From: an uncultured delta proteobacterium
Lineage (GTDB): Bacteria; Desulfobacterota; Desulfobacteria; Desulfobacterales; JAFDCJ01
Assembly (NCBI GenBank): GCA_963769935.1
Contig: CAVYNY010000003.1
Location: 1-64,000, forward strand
Reading direction: 5' to 3'
Length of the DNA: 64,000 nt
Every line of letters starts with the position of its first letter. Position 1 is the first letter of the stretch. Positions 1 to 9,465 of this stretch are shown in pieces. A program made the translations under genes and the position numbers. The notes below the pieces were generated by a model. It did no database searches. It saw nothing but the letters and a program-made list of their open reading frames with translations, and had not been told where the DNA came from.

Positions 1-126
1 CTTTGTCGCGGTAAGCGATAAAGTTCGGAATGGCGATGGCCGCCAAGATACCAATAATTGCGATAACGATCATCAGTTCGATAAGTGTAAAACCCTGTGA
101 ATGTTGCCTCTTAGTTTCTGAAACAT
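1..126 (-). CDS. pilA: Type IV major pilin, 5' part (runs off window; apparent 1-nt frameshift in leader)
   Basis: Manual minus-strand translation gives [32 protein letters not shown], a class III signal with a G|F cleavage site. The ATG at 126 has an AGGGAGG RBS and reads MFQKLRGN, out of frame with the mature pilin. Adjacent to pilR. Confidence 0.9.
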
Positions 127-296
127 GTTAAACCCTCCCTGTTTAGATTGATTTGTTTTAATGGTAAATTTGGATCGCATTGTTAATAAAGAATTTTCTT
201 CATTTGTTCCCTTCTATTCCCTTCCCACCTCCTTTTTTGATTTGTTAAATAATTTTTTTTCTTTTCGTATTCTGATAAATTGTTGCAGTATGTTTA

Positions 297-312
297 AGCA
301 ATTGCTGTGCCA
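297..312 (-). promoter_or_regulatory. sigma54 (-24/-12) promoter of pilA
   Basis: Minus strand reads TGGCACAGCAATTGCT, matching TGGCAC-N5-TTGC. It lies upstream of the pilin gene and next to a sigma54 activator. Confidence 0.9.
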
Positions 313-439
313 AAAATCCTGGTTACGTCCACATAAATATAACTGACTGTAATTAAAGGATTATTTTTTTCTCTCGCTTATTAATTTAATTCTATCGGCC
401 TGACGCACTTTTGCCAGATTACAAAAATCAGCCGCTTTC

Positions 440-454
440 TGACAAAAATTGTCA
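440..454. promoter_or_regulatory. Candidate PilR upstream activating site
   Basis: Perfect palindrome TGACA-N5-TGTCA about 130 bp upstream of the sigma54 promoter, a typical enhancer distance. Confidence 0.5.
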
Positions 455-503
455 AGTTGATTATAGTTGCCATACCTTTTGATATCTTCCAATGCAAGCT
501 CCT

Positions 504-516
504 TAAGTCCTTGATA
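504..516 (-). promoter_or_regulatory. IHF-consensus site
   Basis: Minus strand TATCAAGGACTTA matches WATCAANNNNTTR. Confidence 0.35.
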
Positions 517-779
517 ATGATTGTTATCGGCAGATGTATCGATTACTTTATGGTTAAGTTGGAAAAAGACGGGAATTTTGGAACTGGCTGGGGAAAGGAT
601 TTCCGAATAATTAATTATCCGTATTCAGTCCGAAGATTCAATTGGGGGACTATATTTTTCGAAACCTGGTATCGCTATTTCTCACCGGAGAGTAAATAGT
701 GGTTGAACAAAAACCCACCCATAAGGCTGTGTTGGGTTTCGCCCTTGTGAATCCATATCGGCGTAAAACCCTGATTTGC

Positions 780-836
780 GTAGGTTGGGTTGAGAAACGA
801 AACCCAACATTCTTGATCGGGCTCAACCCAACCTAC
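780..836. repeat. GTAG-type REP-like inverted repeat
   Basis: GTAGGTTGGGTTGAG...CTCAACCCAACCTAC is a 15-bp perfect inverted repeat. Its internal CGAAACCCAAC also occurs as the reverse complement at about 731-741. Confidence 0.7.
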
Positions 837-944
837 CCGAAATCCGGACTTTTCGTTCAGGCACTAACTAATCCGCGGACCTCTCGATCCAACGACTTCG
901 TTCAGAAAGGAAGATCCTTTTAAAATAGATTCTTGTCCAAACTG

Positions 945-2345
945 CTATTTATCAATTCTCAGTTTGTCCAGCCGATAGCGCAAAGAGCGGAAACTGATAT
1001 CCAGCAGTTCGGCCGCTTTGTTCTTATTCCCGTTGCTGCAGTCGAGGGCCTTCTGCAAATAAGCGCTTTCAATTTCTTCTAAGATCCCATCCAAGGAAAC
1101 GCCCCGGCTGACTTCATCCAGGTCAAACCGCCGGTCTTTGAACCCCTCGATCCAGCGCCGTTTGTGCAGTGAGAGCGCCAGGCTGTCGGGCAGAATGATA
1201 TTGGTGGTGGACAAGGCCACACTTCGTTCAAGCAGGTTTTCCAGCTCCCGGATGTTGCCCGGGAAATCATATTTGGTCAGTAAATCCAAGGCATAGGATG
1301 AAAATTTGCTGATTTCTTTGCCCATTTCCTTGGTGTATTTTTCCAGAAAATGCTGTGCCAAAGCTCGCAAATCGGCTTTGCGCTCCCGCAGCGGCGGCAC
1401 CTTGATTTCGATGACATTCAGCCGGTAAAAAAGATCTTCGCGAAAATTGCCGCTGATGACTTCTTTTTCCAGGTTTTTGTTGGTTGCCGAAACAATCCGC
1501 ATATCGACAATTATGTCTTCATTGCCGCCCACCGGTTTAAATACCTTCTCCTGAACCGCTCTCAGCAGTTTGACCTGAATGGGAAGGCTGAGTTCACCAA
1601 TTTCGTCCAGAAAGATGGTGCCTTTGTGGGCGATTTCAAACAGCCCCTTTTTATCCTGGGTCGCCCCGGTAAAAGAGCCTTTTTTATGGCCGAAAAGCTC
1701 GCTTTCCATCAGGGTTTCAGGGATGCCGCCGCAGTTTATAACCACAAACGGCTGTTCACTGCGATCGCTTTCCTGGTGGATCGCCTGGGCAATTAACTCC
1801 TTGCCTGTGCCGCTTTCGCCGGTGATGAGGACATTGGTCTTGGTTCTGGCCACCTGCTGAATCAGTTTATAAATATGCCGCATGGCAGGGCTGTTGCCGA
1901 CGATAAGATCAAAGTGCAGATTCTGCTTTAACTGGTCATCCAGCACCTCTTTTTCATGTTCGACCGTTCTTAAATTTAAAGCTTTGGCGATCGTCTGCAG
2001 CAACTCATCTTTGTCGAAAGGTTTGGGAACATAATCATAGGCCCCCTCGTTCATTGCCTCCACTGCCGTTTCTGTGGTGGCATAAGCCGATATCAAAATC
2101 ACCACGGTGTCCTGATTGCTTTTTTTAGAAGCCCGCAGCACATCCAGGCCGGAGATATCCCCCAATTTAATATCACAGAGCAGCAGATCAAATTGCTGCT
2201 TTTCAAGCAGGTCGATCGCACTGCGGCCGTTCTTGGCGCAGCTGACACGGTAGCCCTCTTTGGTAAGCATGTATTCGAGGACCTCACGCATGCTCAACTC
2301 GTCGTCAACCACCAGAATATGAGGCGTGTTTTCTGTCATAATCAA
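945..2345 (-). CDS. pilR: sigma54-dependent response regulator (REC-AAA+-HTH), PilR
   Basis: Receiver domain, GESGTGKE Walker A, GSFTGA loop and a Fis-type HTH. Lies upstream of the pilin gene. Confidence 0.9.
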   Translation of the reverse strand: MIMTENTPHILVVDDELSMREVLEYMLTKEGYRVSCAKNGRSAIDLLEKQQFDLLLCDIKLGDISGLDVLRASKKSNQDTVVILISAYATTETAVEAMNEGAYDYVPKPFDKDELLQTIAKALNLRTVEHEKEVLDDQLKQNLHFDLIVGNSPAMRHIYKLIQQVARTKTNVLITGESGTGKELIAQAIHQESDRSEQPFVVINCGGIPETLMESELFGHKKGSFTGATQDKKGLFEIAHKGTIFLDEIGELSLPIQVKLLRAVQEKVFKPVGGNEDIIVDMRIVSATNKNLEKEVISGNFREDLFYRLNVIEIKVPPLRERKADLRALAQHFLEKYTKEMGKEISKFSSYALDLLTKYDFPGNIRELENLLERSVALSTTNIILPDSLALSLHKRRWIEGFKDRRFDLDEVSRGVSLDGILEEIESAYLQKALDCSNGNKNKAAELLDISFRSLRYRLDKLRIDK

Positions 2346-2480
2346 AAATTACGTTTACTATTTTTGTTAATGGTACCAGAAAAATTATCAGGTTCTACCT
2401 GCAATCTTTTGCGCAAATAAATCACCCATCGCTTGAATGGTAATGATCCCCGGTATCTGAGCAGTTGATGGCAGCGCTTC

Positions 2481-3788
2481 TCAGCACCGGCCGGCATCAA
2501 ACACGATGCGGCCGCCGACCATTGTCAAAACCGATTTGCCTGTCAGCTCCCAGCCGTCAAAAGGCGTATTGCGGCTGAGTGACTGAAAGCTTGCCGCTGC
2601 TACGGTGTATGACAATTTCGGATCAATGATGGTAATGTCTGCCGGCCGACCGACTCGCAAACCGTTTTCAAGTCCGAGAATTCGGGCCGGTTCAGTGGAC
2701 ATCTTTTCAACCAGGCGGGTCAATGACAGCACTCCCATTTCCACCAGTTTCAGACTCAATGACAGCGATGTTTCCAGCCCGATAATTCCATTGGCGGCCA
2801 CGGCGAAATCAATGTCTTTTTCTCTGTTCGAATGGGGCGCGTGATCGGTGACAATGGCATCTATGGTGCCATCGGCAAGTCCTTCGCAGATTGCCTCGCG
2901 GTCTTGTTCGCTGCGCAGCGGGGGATTCATTTTGGCGTTGGTGCCGCACTCGGCAACAACCTTGTCTGTCAGCATGAAATAATGCGGTGCAGTTTCAGCG
3001 GTTACCTTCAAACCCCTGGCTTTTGCATCCCGGATGGCCCGCACGGATTCCCGCGTGCTGACATGCGCAATATGAACCGGCGCGCCGACGAGTTCAGACA
3101 GTGCGATGTCCCGCAACACCATAACACTTTCGCTGGCATTCGGGATTCCCGCATACCCCAGCTTCCGGGATGCCGCTCCCTCGTTCATAACACCGCCGGC
3201 AGCCAGACTGAGATCTTCGCAGTGGGAAATAACCCTCAAATTATTTTCTTTGGCACTTTGAAGTGCGGCGCGCATCAGACGGCTGTTCGTCACCGGATTT
3301 CCGTCATCTGAGACGGCAATGGCACCGGCCTTATTCAGCTCCGCAAAATTACAGAGCGTTTTCCCCTCAAGCCTTTCGCTGATGGCAGCTACCGGATAAA
3401 CCCGCACCAGATCCGCTTGAGAGGCTTTTTCCAGAATCAGTTCGGTAATTTTGCGGCCGTCATTAACCGGGCTGGTGTTGGGCATACAGCAGACTGCACT
3501 GAATCCGCCCCAGGCAGCCGCCCGGCAACCGCTTTCGATGGTCTCTTTGTGTTCGTGCCCCGGTTCACGCAGGTGAACATGCATGTCGATTAAACCGGGA
3601 GTCACAATCTTGCCCGCAGCGTCAATTATTCGGGGCTTCGGATGTTGAATGTTTGACGCACCATGGTCGGCGATGGATTGGCCATGCTCAATAATCTTAA
3701 CAATCTTGCCGTCTTGCACAATGATGTCGCCGATTCCGTCAAAATGCCCGGGATCAATTATTCTGCCGCCGGCAATTCGAATTTGCAT
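2481..3788 (-). CDS. pyrC: Dihydroorotase (multifunctional complex type)
   Basis: Motifs PGLIDMHVHLREPG, KMNPPLR, TDHAPH and SRNTPF. Confidence 0.93.
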   Translation of the reverse strand: MQIRIAGGRIIDPGHFDGIGDIIVQDGKIVKIIEHGQSIADHGASNIQHPKPRIIDAAGKIVTPGLIDMHVHLREPGHEHKETIESGCRAAAWGGFSAVCCMPNTSPVNDGRKITELILEKASQADLVRVYPVAAISERLEGKTLCNFAELNKAGAIAVSDDGNPVTNSRLMRAALQSAKENNLRVISHCEDLSLAAGGVMNEGAASRKLGYAGIPNASESVMVLRDIALSELVGAPVHIAHVSTRESVRAIRDAKARGLKVTAETAPHYFMLTDKVVAECGTNAKMNPPLRSEQDREAICEGLADGTIDAIVTDHAPHSNREKDIDFAVAANGIIGLETSLSLSLKLVEMGVLSLTRLVEKMSTEPARILGLENGLRVGRPADITIIDPKLSYTVAAASFQSLSRNTPFDGWELTGKSVLTMVGGRIVFDAGRC

Positions 3789-3868
3789 TGCCTGATAGAC
3801 CCTGCTGATGCAACTGGTTTAGAGTTCACTTTAACGTTATTCTGACCGGTAACGCAACAATCATGCCA

Positions 3869-4513
3869 TTATTTTAAAATCCGGCCCAACCTGCTCCACC
3901 TGACCCTAAAATCCTGGCTATCCCAGGACCAGTAAATAATAAATGCATTACCCTCGACCGCCTTCAGATCGACAAAACCCCAAAACCGGCTGTCGAAGCT
4001 TTCATCCCGATTATCACCCATCATAAAAAGCGAATTTTCGGGTACTGTAATAGGTCCGAAATTATCCCGCGGCCGGATGTTGCCGGGAATAATGTGGGGA
4101 TCTGTATAAAAACCATGGTCGTGTATGAGGGGCTTGTGATTCACGTAAAGCTTCTTATCCCGGCTTTCAACAACATCACCACCGATCCCGATGACCCGTT
4201 TGATAAAATCCTTACTGGGGTCCAGCGGAAACTTAAATACAATGATGTCCCCCCGTTGAGGTGTTTCTATGGGGATAATGGTTTTATGCAAGTAGGGAAT
4301 TTTAACCCCGTAAATAAATTTGTTTACTAAAATGTGATCGCCGATTAGCAGGGTTTGCTTCATGGAGCCTGAAGGAATTTTAAAGGCCTGGACCACAAAA
4401 GTTCTAATGAACAACGCAATCAGAACCGCAACAAGGATGGCCTCAATATTTTCCCGCCAATGACTTCGGCCGGGTGTTTGATCGTCTTTTTCTTTTGAGC
4501 GTTCCTGTTTCAA
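3869..4513 (-). CDS. lepB: Signal peptidase I
   Basis: Motifs IPSGSM (catalytic Ser), FIKRVIG (catalytic Lys) and GDNRDESFDSRFWG. Confidence 0.95.
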   Translation of the reverse strand: MKQERSKEKDDQTPGRSHWRENIEAILVAVLIALFIRTFVVQAFKIPSGSMKQTLLIGDHILVNKFIYGVKIPYLHKTIIPIETPQRGDIIVFKFPLDPSKDFIKRVIGIGGDVVESRDKKLYVNHKPLIHDHGFYTDPHIIPGNIRPRDNFGPITVPENSLFMMGDNRDESFDSRFWGFVDLKAVEGNAFIIYWSWDSQDFRVRWSRLGRILK

Positions 4514-4540
4514 ATTTTCCGATACCTTTCTCGGTCAGCG

Positions 4541-4999
4541 TTAGAAAAAATAGAAAATAATTCTTAGCAGCAAATTAGCAAAAATTCCGGCAGCGACATC
4601 GTCCGCGACAACTCCCAACCCACCTGAAACTCGTTGGTCCAGGATTCGAATTGGAAACGGCTTTAAGATATCCAGAATTCTGAAAATTATAAAACCGCAA
4701 ACGGCCGTGGTCGGATTAAACGGCAGTCCGATTAATGTGACCACCATTCCGGCGACTTCATCAATAACGATGCATGCGGGATCGCTTCTCTTCAGTAATC
4801 TTTCAGCGACATTTGAGATCCAAACAGCAAAAAAAATAAAGAGTATCGTGCAAGCTATCGCCTGTGTCAATTTAAGTTCCGCCAAAAGTAAACAAAACGG
4901 AAGACCGACTATGGAACCAAATGTGCCCGGGGCAAAAGGAATGCGCCCAACATAAAGCCCCGTGGCAAGAAACACGACTGCCTCTTCTCTCAAATTCAT
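4541..4999 (-). CDS. pgpA: Phosphatidylglycerophosphatase A
   Basis: Motifs APGTFGS, IVIDEVAG, FRILDILKPFPI and GVVADDVAAG. Confidence 0.93.
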   Translation of the reverse strand: MNLREEAVVFLATGLYVGRIPFAPGTFGSIVGLPFCLLLAELKLTQAIACTILFIFFAVWISNVAERLLKRSDPACIVIDEVAGMVVTLIGLPFNPTTAVCGFIIFRILDILKPFPIRILDQRVSGGLGVVADDVAAGIFANLLLRIIFYFF

Positions 5000-5051
5000 T
5001 GCCCGTGTCTATAATCTGGATCGGCTTTTGTCAAGCCCATGATCGCTTCGC

Positions 5052-6257
5052 TCAAAATGACGAATTATCGTCATGCCCTGCTGCGGCCTCCCGGGTCACT
5101 GTTTCATAAACGATTCGCAGGGGAACCTTGCGTTCAATTGCAATTTTGCGACACACTTCATATTCGGGTACGATGCGAATATTTCCCTGTGGATCCTTGA
5201 TCCGTTTGACCGCTATAACGCCATAGGATGTATTCATCTCCACGGATTCTCGCTCCAGCAACCGTCGACGGCTCGAGTAATATCGGACTCCCAGGGTTGT
5301 TGTTTCAGTCAGTATCCGCTGAATAAGCGTTTCTCGCTTTTCGATTTTGCAAAGCACCTGCAACATCGTGCCGGGTCTGTTCTTCTTCATATAAATCGGA
5401 ATCCAGTAAACATCCAAAGCACCGTCTTCAAAAAGACGATCCATCAGATGGCCGAATAACTCCGGATTCATATCATCGATACTGGATTCAACGATTTCAA
5501 TTTGATCCTCTGACAGCGCTGCGGATGTTTCAGACACTGGACGCGACTCAGTGCCGACAATGATTCGCAACAGATTCGGCCTTTCGGCAAGATCTCGCTG
5601 ACCGGCTCCATACCCGATGGCATGGACGATCATATCCGGCAGGGCGCCGAAGCCCTGCGCCACCGAAGCAATAATCGCCGCTCCGGTGGGAGTGACCAGC
5701 TCGTAAGGAATTTCGGTACCATATACCGGAACGCCTTTCAGGATTCCCAAAGTGGCCGGCGCCGGCACGGGAAGCTTGCCGTGCCGGCAGATAACAAATC
5801 CTTTTCCAAGGGGCAGCGGAGACGCAGTAATTTTTTTGATCCCCAGGTATTCCAGGCCCAGTACGGATCCGACAATATCGACGATGGCGTCAATTCCGCC
5901 GACTTCGTGAAAATGCACCTGCTCGAGGGAGCAGCCGTGAATATGGGCTTCGGCCTGTGCCAGTTTCCGGAATACTTGGAGACTGGCTGATTTGACCGAA
6001 TCCGCCAGGGGACTGTCTTCGATCATCGAACGTATTTGTGAAAAATTTCTTGAAATTTTATCATCCGAGGCTTCCACGTCGACCAACGTGGCATGCATAC
6101 CGTTTCGCTGCACCGGTGTCATTGCAAGATCAAAATTTGTCAGGGGAATACCCTTTAATTGATCTTTTAGCCAATCCAATGGAACTCCCAGATCAACTAA
6201 GGCACCCAGGGTCATGTCTCCGCTGATTCCCGCAAAACAATCAAAGTAGGCCAACAT
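5052..6257 (-). CDS. larC: Nickel pincer cofactor biosynthesis protein LarC
   Basis: Motifs YFDCFAGISGDM, HFHEVGGIDAIVD, ELVTPTGAA, MKKNRPG and ETTTLGVR. Confidence 0.92.
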   Translation of the reverse strand: MLAYFDCFAGISGDMTLGALVDLGVPLDWLKDQLKGIPLTNFDLAMTPVQRNGMHATLVDVEASDDKISRNFSQIRSMIEDSPLADSVKSASLQVFRKLAQAEAHIHGCSLEQVHFHEVGGIDAIVDIVGSVLGLEYLGIKKITASPLPLGKGFVICRHGKLPVPAPATLGILKGVPVYGTEIPYELVTPTGAAIIASVAQGFGALPDMIVHAIGYGAGQRDLAERPNLLRIIVGTESRPVSETSAALSEDQIEIVESSIDDMNPELFGHLMDRLFEDGALDVYWIPIYMKKNRPGTMLQVLCKIEKRETLIQRILTETTTLGVRYYSSRRRLLERESVEMNTSYGVIAVKRIKDPQGNIRIVPEYEVCRKIAIERKVPLRIVYETVTREAAAGHDDNSSF

Positions 6258-6327
6258 AAGATATTCCTGTCTTCAGATAAAGTTATTGACAAAAATAACA
6301 ACAAATATAATATATACGGTTTATATT

Positions 6328-6425
6328 GGAAGTGCGCAGCTGGCTGGTGCGGCTCCCGGACTTCAAATCCGGTGTGGGGCGCTAAAACCGTCCCGGGTGG
6401 GTTCGATTCCCATGCACTTCCGCCA
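6328..6425 (+). tRNA. selC: tRNA-Sec (anticodon UCA)
   Basis: GGAAGTGC...GCACTTCCGCCA 8-bp acceptor stem, anticodon arm CCGGACTTCAAATCCGG, long variable arm, GTTCGATTC T-loop; 98 nt. Confidence 0.95.
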
Positions 6426-6678
6426 TTTTTTAAAGGATTAAGATATATACCCCGATGACAGATTATTCAAGCCTAACATTATGGGTCTAAAGGCAGAAAG
6501 GCAAGATATTCTGTGCTCGACGCGGGTTTGGGTATGGTTTACGAGTTTCTTTGCAGATACGGTACGATGTACAAGAAACGCATCCTCGGTGGGGTTATAA
6601 TCATCCGTTAGTGATTTGCGCCGTCATGGCATTCCAGGGCTTTGTTGAATGCCTCAGGCTGTGTTTCGGGGATAGTTC

Positions 6679-6882
6679 TTAAGACAATGGCCCCTTGGCC
6701 AGCATTCTGCCAATGATCATTCGTTGTATTTCATCGGAAAGGATCACTTCATGGGTCGCCGATGCATGCCAGGTGATCTTTCGATATTTTTTACCTAGTT
6801 TAGAACCAAACGCATCTTTGGGAACGATAAAGCTCGATATGACATCCTGGTGGTCATATCCCCTGCCTGCATTGACTGCCGA
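6679..6882 (-). pseudogene. Acyl-CoA dehydrogenase remnant (middle domain fused to C-terminus)
   Basis: Manual translation gives ISSFIVPKDAFGSKLGKKYRKITWHASATHEVILS-DEIQRMIIGRMLAK*. An ACAD middle-domain motif is joined directly to the C-terminal EIQRMII motif, with no start codon. Confidence 0.7.
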
Positions 6883-6923
6883 TCATTGAAGAAGGAAGCT
6901 GCGAGAGACAGCGGATGTGTGGT

Positions 6924-6963
6924 GAAAGGATCCGGACGACGAGCCTAAAAGCCGGATCCTTTC
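6924..6963 (-). terminator. Hairpin downstream of acyl-CoA ligase
   Basis: GAAAGGATCCGG...CCGGATCCTTTC, a 12-bp inverted repeat. Confidence 0.6.
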
Positions 6964-6984
6964 GATTGTTTCTGACGGTTCGGT

Positions 6985-8544
6985 TCAACCCACGTTGCGG
7001 TCCACCCCTTCCCAATATTTCGCACGAACTTCCTTCTTCAACAGCTTGCCGGCACCGCTTTTAGGCAATTCTTTTACAAAATCCACACTCTTGGGCACTT
7101 TGTACGAAGCGATCATTTTTTTACAGTGTCCGCGCAGTTCCTCCCCGGTTGTGGACATATCGGGCTTTAAGACTACCACAGCGTGGACTGATTCGCCCCA
7201 GTCCTTGTGGGGAATGCCGATGACAGCTGTTTCCAGGACAGCCGGGTGGCTCATGATGGCGTCTTCCACCTCCACGGAGTACACATTTTCACCACCGCTT
7301 ATGATCATATCTTTGGCACGGTCAACGATGTAAACGTACCGATCTGCATCGATACGTGCCAGATCCTTGGACCAGTACCAGCCGTCGATGAGCGCCTCGG
7401 CCGTTTCCTTGTCCCGGTTCCAGTAGCCCTGCATGATGTTATCGCCTCGGGCAATGACCTCGCCCACCTCGCCGGGTTGGACATCCGTGCCATGCTCGTC
7501 GACCACCCTGACCTCAACACCAATGATCTGGCGGCCTGCCGCCTTGAGCAGGTGGGCTTTTTCCGGGTTGGTGAGTCCCTCCGTATGATCTTCAGGGAAA
7601 AGAATGGTCAGGATGGGGCCGCCTTCGGTCATCCCGTATAACTGGATAAAATCACATTTGAACACGTCCACCGCTTTACGGAGCAGCGCCGGCGATATCG
7701 GTGAAGCGCCGTAAAAAATATATTGTAGACTGGACAGATCGAATTCAGCGACGTTGGGCATGTTGGCCAACATGTTGATCATGGTCGGCACCCAGAGTGT
7801 CGCGGTGGGCTGGTAGCGTTGGATAGCCTTTAGCACGGCGGTGGGTTCAAAATTCACCAGCACATGGCTTCCACCGCTCATGGTAATCGCAAAATTAATG
7901 GCCCCGTCGGCCAGGTGGAACATGGGCGCCGAGTGCAGTGCTCTCTGGTTTTCATCGAGTTTCATGGCTGAAATCAGATGAGATGCATTGCTGATAATGT
8001 TCTTGTGGGTCAGCATAACCCCCTTGGCGATGCCTGTGGTTCCGCCGGTGTAATAAATGCCGAACAGGTCGTCTTCTTTCGGACCATCGGCTACATAAGG
8101 CTCTGCGTTTAGCAGGCTGTCGTAAGGAATCGCCCCTTCGAAAGGCGCTTCATCACCGATGTATACAAAATACTCAACGTTGGGCATCTGGTCCTTGATC
8201 TGAATGATTAGATCCTTGAATGCAATATCCACGATGACGATTTTGGCTCCGGAGTCGTTGACCTGGTGAGCCAGTTCCGGGCCGGCGAGACGGTAATTCA
8301 GTGGAACATTCACAAAACGGCCGGCAGAAAAACCATAATAGAGGTCGTACCATCGGTAACTGTTCAGCGCCAACGGAGCCACCCGATCACCGGCTTTGAG
8401 ACCCAGTGCATTTATTCCGCCGGCAAACCTGAGTGCTCGATCAAATGTTTCCGCAAAGGTAAGTACTATGTCTCCGTCATACACAAACGCTTTGGACGGG
8501 TTGATCTTTTTCCAGTTCTCCAATTGTCCGAGTAAATTTATCAC
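6985..8544 (-). CDS. Long-chain fatty-acid--CoA ligase
   Basis: AMP-binding motif YTGGTTGIAKG, plus YGMTE, DRAKDMIISGGENVYS and LPKSGAGK. Confidence 0.92.
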   Translation of the reverse strand: MINLLGQLENWKKINPSKAFVYDGDIVLTFAETFDRALRFAGGINALGLKAGDRVAPLALNSYRWYDLYYGFSAGRFVNVPLNYRLAGPELAHQVNDSGAKIVIVDIAFKDLIIQIKDQMPNVEYFVYIGDEAPFEGAIPYDSLLNAEPYVADGPKEDDLFGIYYTGGTTGIAKGVMLTHKNIISNASHLISAMKLDENQRALHSAPMFHLADGAINFAITMSGGSHVLVNFEPTAVLKAIQRYQPTATLWVPTMINMLANMPNVAEFDLSSLQYIFYGASPISPALLRKAVDVFKCDFIQLYGMTEGGPILTILFPEDHTEGLTNPEKAHLLKAAGRQIIGVEVRVVDEHGTDVQPGEVGEVIARGDNIMQGYWNRDKETAEALIDGWYWSKDLARIDADRYVYIVDRAKDMIISGGENVYSVEVEDAIMSHPAVLETAVIGIPHKDWGESVHAVVVLKPDMSTTGEELRGHCKKMIASYKVPKSVDFVKELPKSGAGKLLKKEVRAKYWEGVDRNVG

Positions 8545-8591
8545 GATTGCCTCCTTTTCATTTTTTTACTTCCTCCTGATGTCTTGCCCGA

Positions 8592-8864
8592 TTACATCGA
8601 AAAACCGCCGCCGCATACCAGTATCTGCCCCGACACGTAATCCGAAAGCGGAGAGGCGAAGAACAGAATCACGCCGGCAGCCTCATCCGCAGTACCGGGT
8701 CGTCCCAATGGGATCATGCGGATAAACAATTCTCGTTGCTTGGCCGGTACCCCCACGGCAACTTTCTCCGTCCTGGTAAAATCGGATATCTTCATGCCGC
8801 ATATATTCAGAAGGCCGCTTATCGCCTCAGGTGCTGGCATTCCTGCATATGGTTTGGGTCCCAC
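8592..8864 (-). pseudogene. SDR (3-oxoacyl reductase-like) C-terminal fragment fused to an unrelated, possibly thiolase-like, fragment
   Basis: IPLGRPGTADEAAGVILFFASPLSDYVSGQILVCGGG is an SDR C-terminus. The Rossmann N-terminus and YxxxK motif are absent. Confidence 0.7.
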
Positions 8865-8933
8865 ATATTGTAAGTAAACCTTGCTTACACTCCATTGAAA
8901 AAAAATACCCGCCTCGGCTATGGTGGCGAACCG

Positions 8934-9465
8934 CTATGCATCACTTTTTTTCTCGATACCTTTAAAAATCATTTCCACGAGCTGTTCTGCAATGCCGTCC
9001 ACATCAATCTCGCGCTCAAAGATAACCGGAGCCATACATTGGTGCTCAATACCGCCTAAGATTAAATCTCGAATGGATGCCGAAGATATATCATCGCGAA
9101 TGCTGCCTTCTTCAACGCCTTGCTCAATGAGATCTTTCAAGAAGCTCCCGTATTTTTTAACAACCCGATATGTTGTGCTCTCAAAATAACCCGGAAAGTT
9201 CCGCACTTCCAACAGGAGGATTTTCGCCAGCACTCGATTGGTATCGTATATTCCGATATGTGAACGAATCAATTTGCGAATCTTATCCGCCGCCCCTTGG
9301 GTAGCCTCTGTGGCCGTGAATAGTTCAGCATTGAAATCCGCAAGATATTCGTCCAACACCTGGTGAAGCAATCCCCTTTTGTCTTTGAAATAACGGTATA
9401 TCAAAGCCTCATTCGTCTCGGCAGTTCTGGAAATCTCGGCAGTTGTGATGGAATTGAAATCTTTA
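8934..9465 (-). pseudogene. TetR-family regulator, N-terminally truncated
   Basis: The frame reads KDFNSITTAEISRTAETNEALIYRYF back to the rlmD stop codon. The first helix is missing and there is no start codon ahead of the HTH. Confidence 0.7.

Noticed and set aside
161..923. Three short plus-strand ORFs
   Set aside because: They overlap the pilA promoter/enhancer and a REP element, and are low-complexity with no recognisable motifs.
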